Positions 61,431-64,000 of a stretch of 64,000 nucleotides of DNA are shown one piece after another. The notes under the pieces are model-generated. The model was not told the origin of the DNA, did not search any database, and saw nothing but the letters and a program-made list of their open reading frames with translations. The position numbers were made by a program, and so were the translations under genes. Numbering within the stretch: the first letter of the stretch is position 1; the number at the start of each line of letters is the position of its first letter. The DNA comes from Octopus sinensis (taxonomy: Eukaryota), in NCBI RefSeq assembly GCF_006345805.1, contig NC_043015.1, forward strand, positions 9,610,001 to 9,674,000, given 5' to 3'.

Positions 61431-61464
61431 GAATACCGACAATTTATTCTATTAACGTATCATT

Positions 61465-62188
61465 ATTATTATTATTCTATGTTTGACTTCTGCTTTATAT
61501 TTGTACAAGTTGGCTCCAAGTCTCACCCAGAGACCTCAAGAGACAACAGGGTTGGAAGTTCATGTTGTTGTTATGCCTAGTGTGCCATATATTTGGGGGG
61601 TGGGGATGTTGTACTAATGAATGTCTAAAAAAAAAATTTTTTTTTTTTTTTTTTTTAAACCGAAAATTATGGTTGTTTTAAACCTTGAGGTTACATAGAG
61701 AGTATTTTGCGTAGGATATGAGCAGTTCCCATGAGCACTATCTTTTGAACTTCTGCCATTTTTGGGTTTCCTGGTATCTGAGTTAGGTAGCTATCAGCCC
61801 CTTTTGCTATCATTCCCAGGGCACCTATGACAACAGGTATTGTTTTAGTCTTCAGCTTCCACATTTTGCTGATTTCTATTTCAAGATCTTTATATTTGCT
61901 CAGTTTTTGGTAGGTCCTGACAGATACGTTTATATCGATTGGGACAGTCATATCAATGAGGAGGCATGTTCTTTGTTTGAAGTCTTTCAATATGATGTCT
62001 GGCCTATTTGCATCTATCTTCCTGTCAGTTTGAATGGTGAAGTTCCAGAGGAGTGAGATGTGGTCATTTTCAAGCACTGGGGGTGGTTTGTGTTCCCACC
62101 AGTTTTTTTCATGGGGCAAATCCAGGTTTTTACAGATTACCCAGTGAGTTTTTTTCATGGGGCAAATCCAGGTTTTTACAGATTACCC

Positions 62189-62192
<4 letters not shown>
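61465..62192 (-). mobile_element. 5'-truncated R4/Dong-type element with an open endonuclease C-terminus
   Basis: ORF 61691-62158 (WWEHKP..LWNFTIQTDRKIDANRPDIILKD..CLLIDMTVP..KLSKYKDLEIEI) ends at a natural-looking stop. The 3' UTR ends in (AAT)n and the 5' side abuts a long (TTA)n. Confidence 0.92.
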
Positions 62193-62271
<79 letters not shown>

Positions 62272-64000
62272 CATTTTTGTTAATTTATTATTTATTATTC
62301 TCTTTATATATATATATATAATATAATATATTATTTATTGAATGAAACATTTTAAAATAGCTGTATAAATTTTGAACTATGGATAGCTGAGGAAAGGACC
62401 TAGAAAGTTGAGTAATTATTAGTTCAAGACGACGAGAAAAAAAGAGTTACCGACAATTACTCGAATCTTGCACCTTATTCACAGTTTCCAAACATTCTGT
62501 ACCACTAATCCAAAATATATACACAAACAATCTGCAAGAATGACACACTCGCACAGCGATACACACGCGCACACACATAGATACACATACACATAAATGA
62601 AAGGCAATGAATAAGTGTGTGCGTGTATGTGTTTGCTTTTCACTGACTAAATTTCGTGCTGTATTACTTTTGGGAAATTTTATCAGGAACAGGTTGCGGT
62701 TTCAAAACGATGAAAATATATTGACACAAATGAAATTTTAATGTTGAAGTGAAACTGCTACAACTTAAATACGAAGGATCAATAACGATACTACTTAAAT
62801 ACAAAGGCGCTACTTAAAATACATGTGTTAGTTTTACGTAACAACAATTTTAAATGTACGCTGTAAGGACGAGTGATGACATCCTAACCATAACTAACGC
62901 TAAAACTCACCCGAACCTTAACCGTAAAAACTAACCCTGAAAATAACCCTCCCCTTTCATACCGTTACGTAGATACATCAGGACCTCTGTATGTAAGTAG
63001 TGCCGTGAAACTCATGATTACTGTGTGCTCTTGAATGGTTTCAATCGTTTTGTTTCAGCACACGATATCAAAACATGTTACTTGCTATGCAAGTACATTT
63101 CCGTCATTTTGTTTTCAATCTCTGTGCATAAATGCCAGCGATGACCCTCTCAGTCTCTCCAATATTTTTGTTTCTAACCAGAAAAAACAGGGGCATACTG
63201 TAGTGTTGCAGAAAATTCATAATTTCTTAAATTTTGTTTTTTATAGTAAATAAATGTATTTATGGGGGGAAATGCTGAAAAAAATCAATACCTGCGAGAA
63301 TGACGAAGACACGAGGAGGGTTATCTTTGGATATGCTAGAAACTACAGCCAAATCGCACTTAAATAACTCACTCTTCCTTCTGAAAATATTAACACTGTG
63401 TTTAAATTTTTTACCGAAAGTGCTGTTCACATGGTTTTGAAGTTCAAAAAAATTGGCCAAAATAGGTCCGGAGTGGAATGATGAGGGAGGTGGTGTAAAC
63501 AAAAAAAGGTTACAAAACCTTTTCCTACAACGATGCCTTCATCTCATCACTTCGGATGCTGAAATTTTAAAAAATGTCGGAAAATTGTTGAAAAATTTAA
63601 CCAGAAATTTCTTTATAAACATAATCTATGCCGTGTGAATGGAATTTGTATAAACTTTTATGAAAATCTACCTATCTTCCTGAAAGTTATGAGGGAAAAA
63701 TGTCAGATCATGTGAATATTCCAAAACTTCTCTCTCCACCCCCTCGGCAAAATTATTTCTCATAAATCCCTCTATACTCCGAAGCCACAACATCTAAGCG
63801 GTATTTGTAGAAACTTTTGTTAAAATGTTTCCATTTTTCTGGATGTCATGAGGTATCAAATTTGGGGGTGTATACATTTGTAGTGATGCACTTTTATCTA
63901 TACGATTTTTAAAATTTCATATTTATTTCTTTCATTGTTTGCAACGTTCTCCCCACCTCACTCTCTCACACACAGTGAAAAACTTAGTAGTGGGCTGCTA

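Noticed and set aside
63250-63900. Possible non-autonomous DNA transposon (mixed-composition segment near the window end)
   Set aside because: I could not identify matching TIRs, a TSD or a second copy in the window.

Overview
AT-rich, microsatellite-saturated eukaryotic DNA. I found no host protein-coding gene, rRNA, true tRNA or CRISPR array, and almost all ORFs in the track are translations of simple repeats or transposon debris. The repeat families look like those of an octopus-type cephalopod genome (recognition by eye, not a database result). The window contains: eight R4/Dong-type non-LTR retrotransposon pieces, mostly next to (TAA)n; a non-coding ~530-bp (TAA)n-associated element in 3 copies; Penelope-like elements (PLEs), including a Naiad-like RT + GIY-YIG copy; CR1-like and RTE-like LINE pieces; three tRNA-derived SINE families; two non-autonomous Helitrons; and mariner/maT relics. 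There are four canonical-looking type I hammerhead ribozymes and several variant or decayed ones. The most striking observation is a ~790-bp non-coding tandem element (45244-46968, minus strand). It carries the hammerhead catalytic core with stems I and III in a scrambled, pseudoknotted strand order that is not type I, II or III (stem II is ambiguous). The array's 5' boundary falls within 1 nt of the predicted self-cleavage site. Coordinates of decayed elements are approximate, and all RNA structures and protein similarities were derived by hand.
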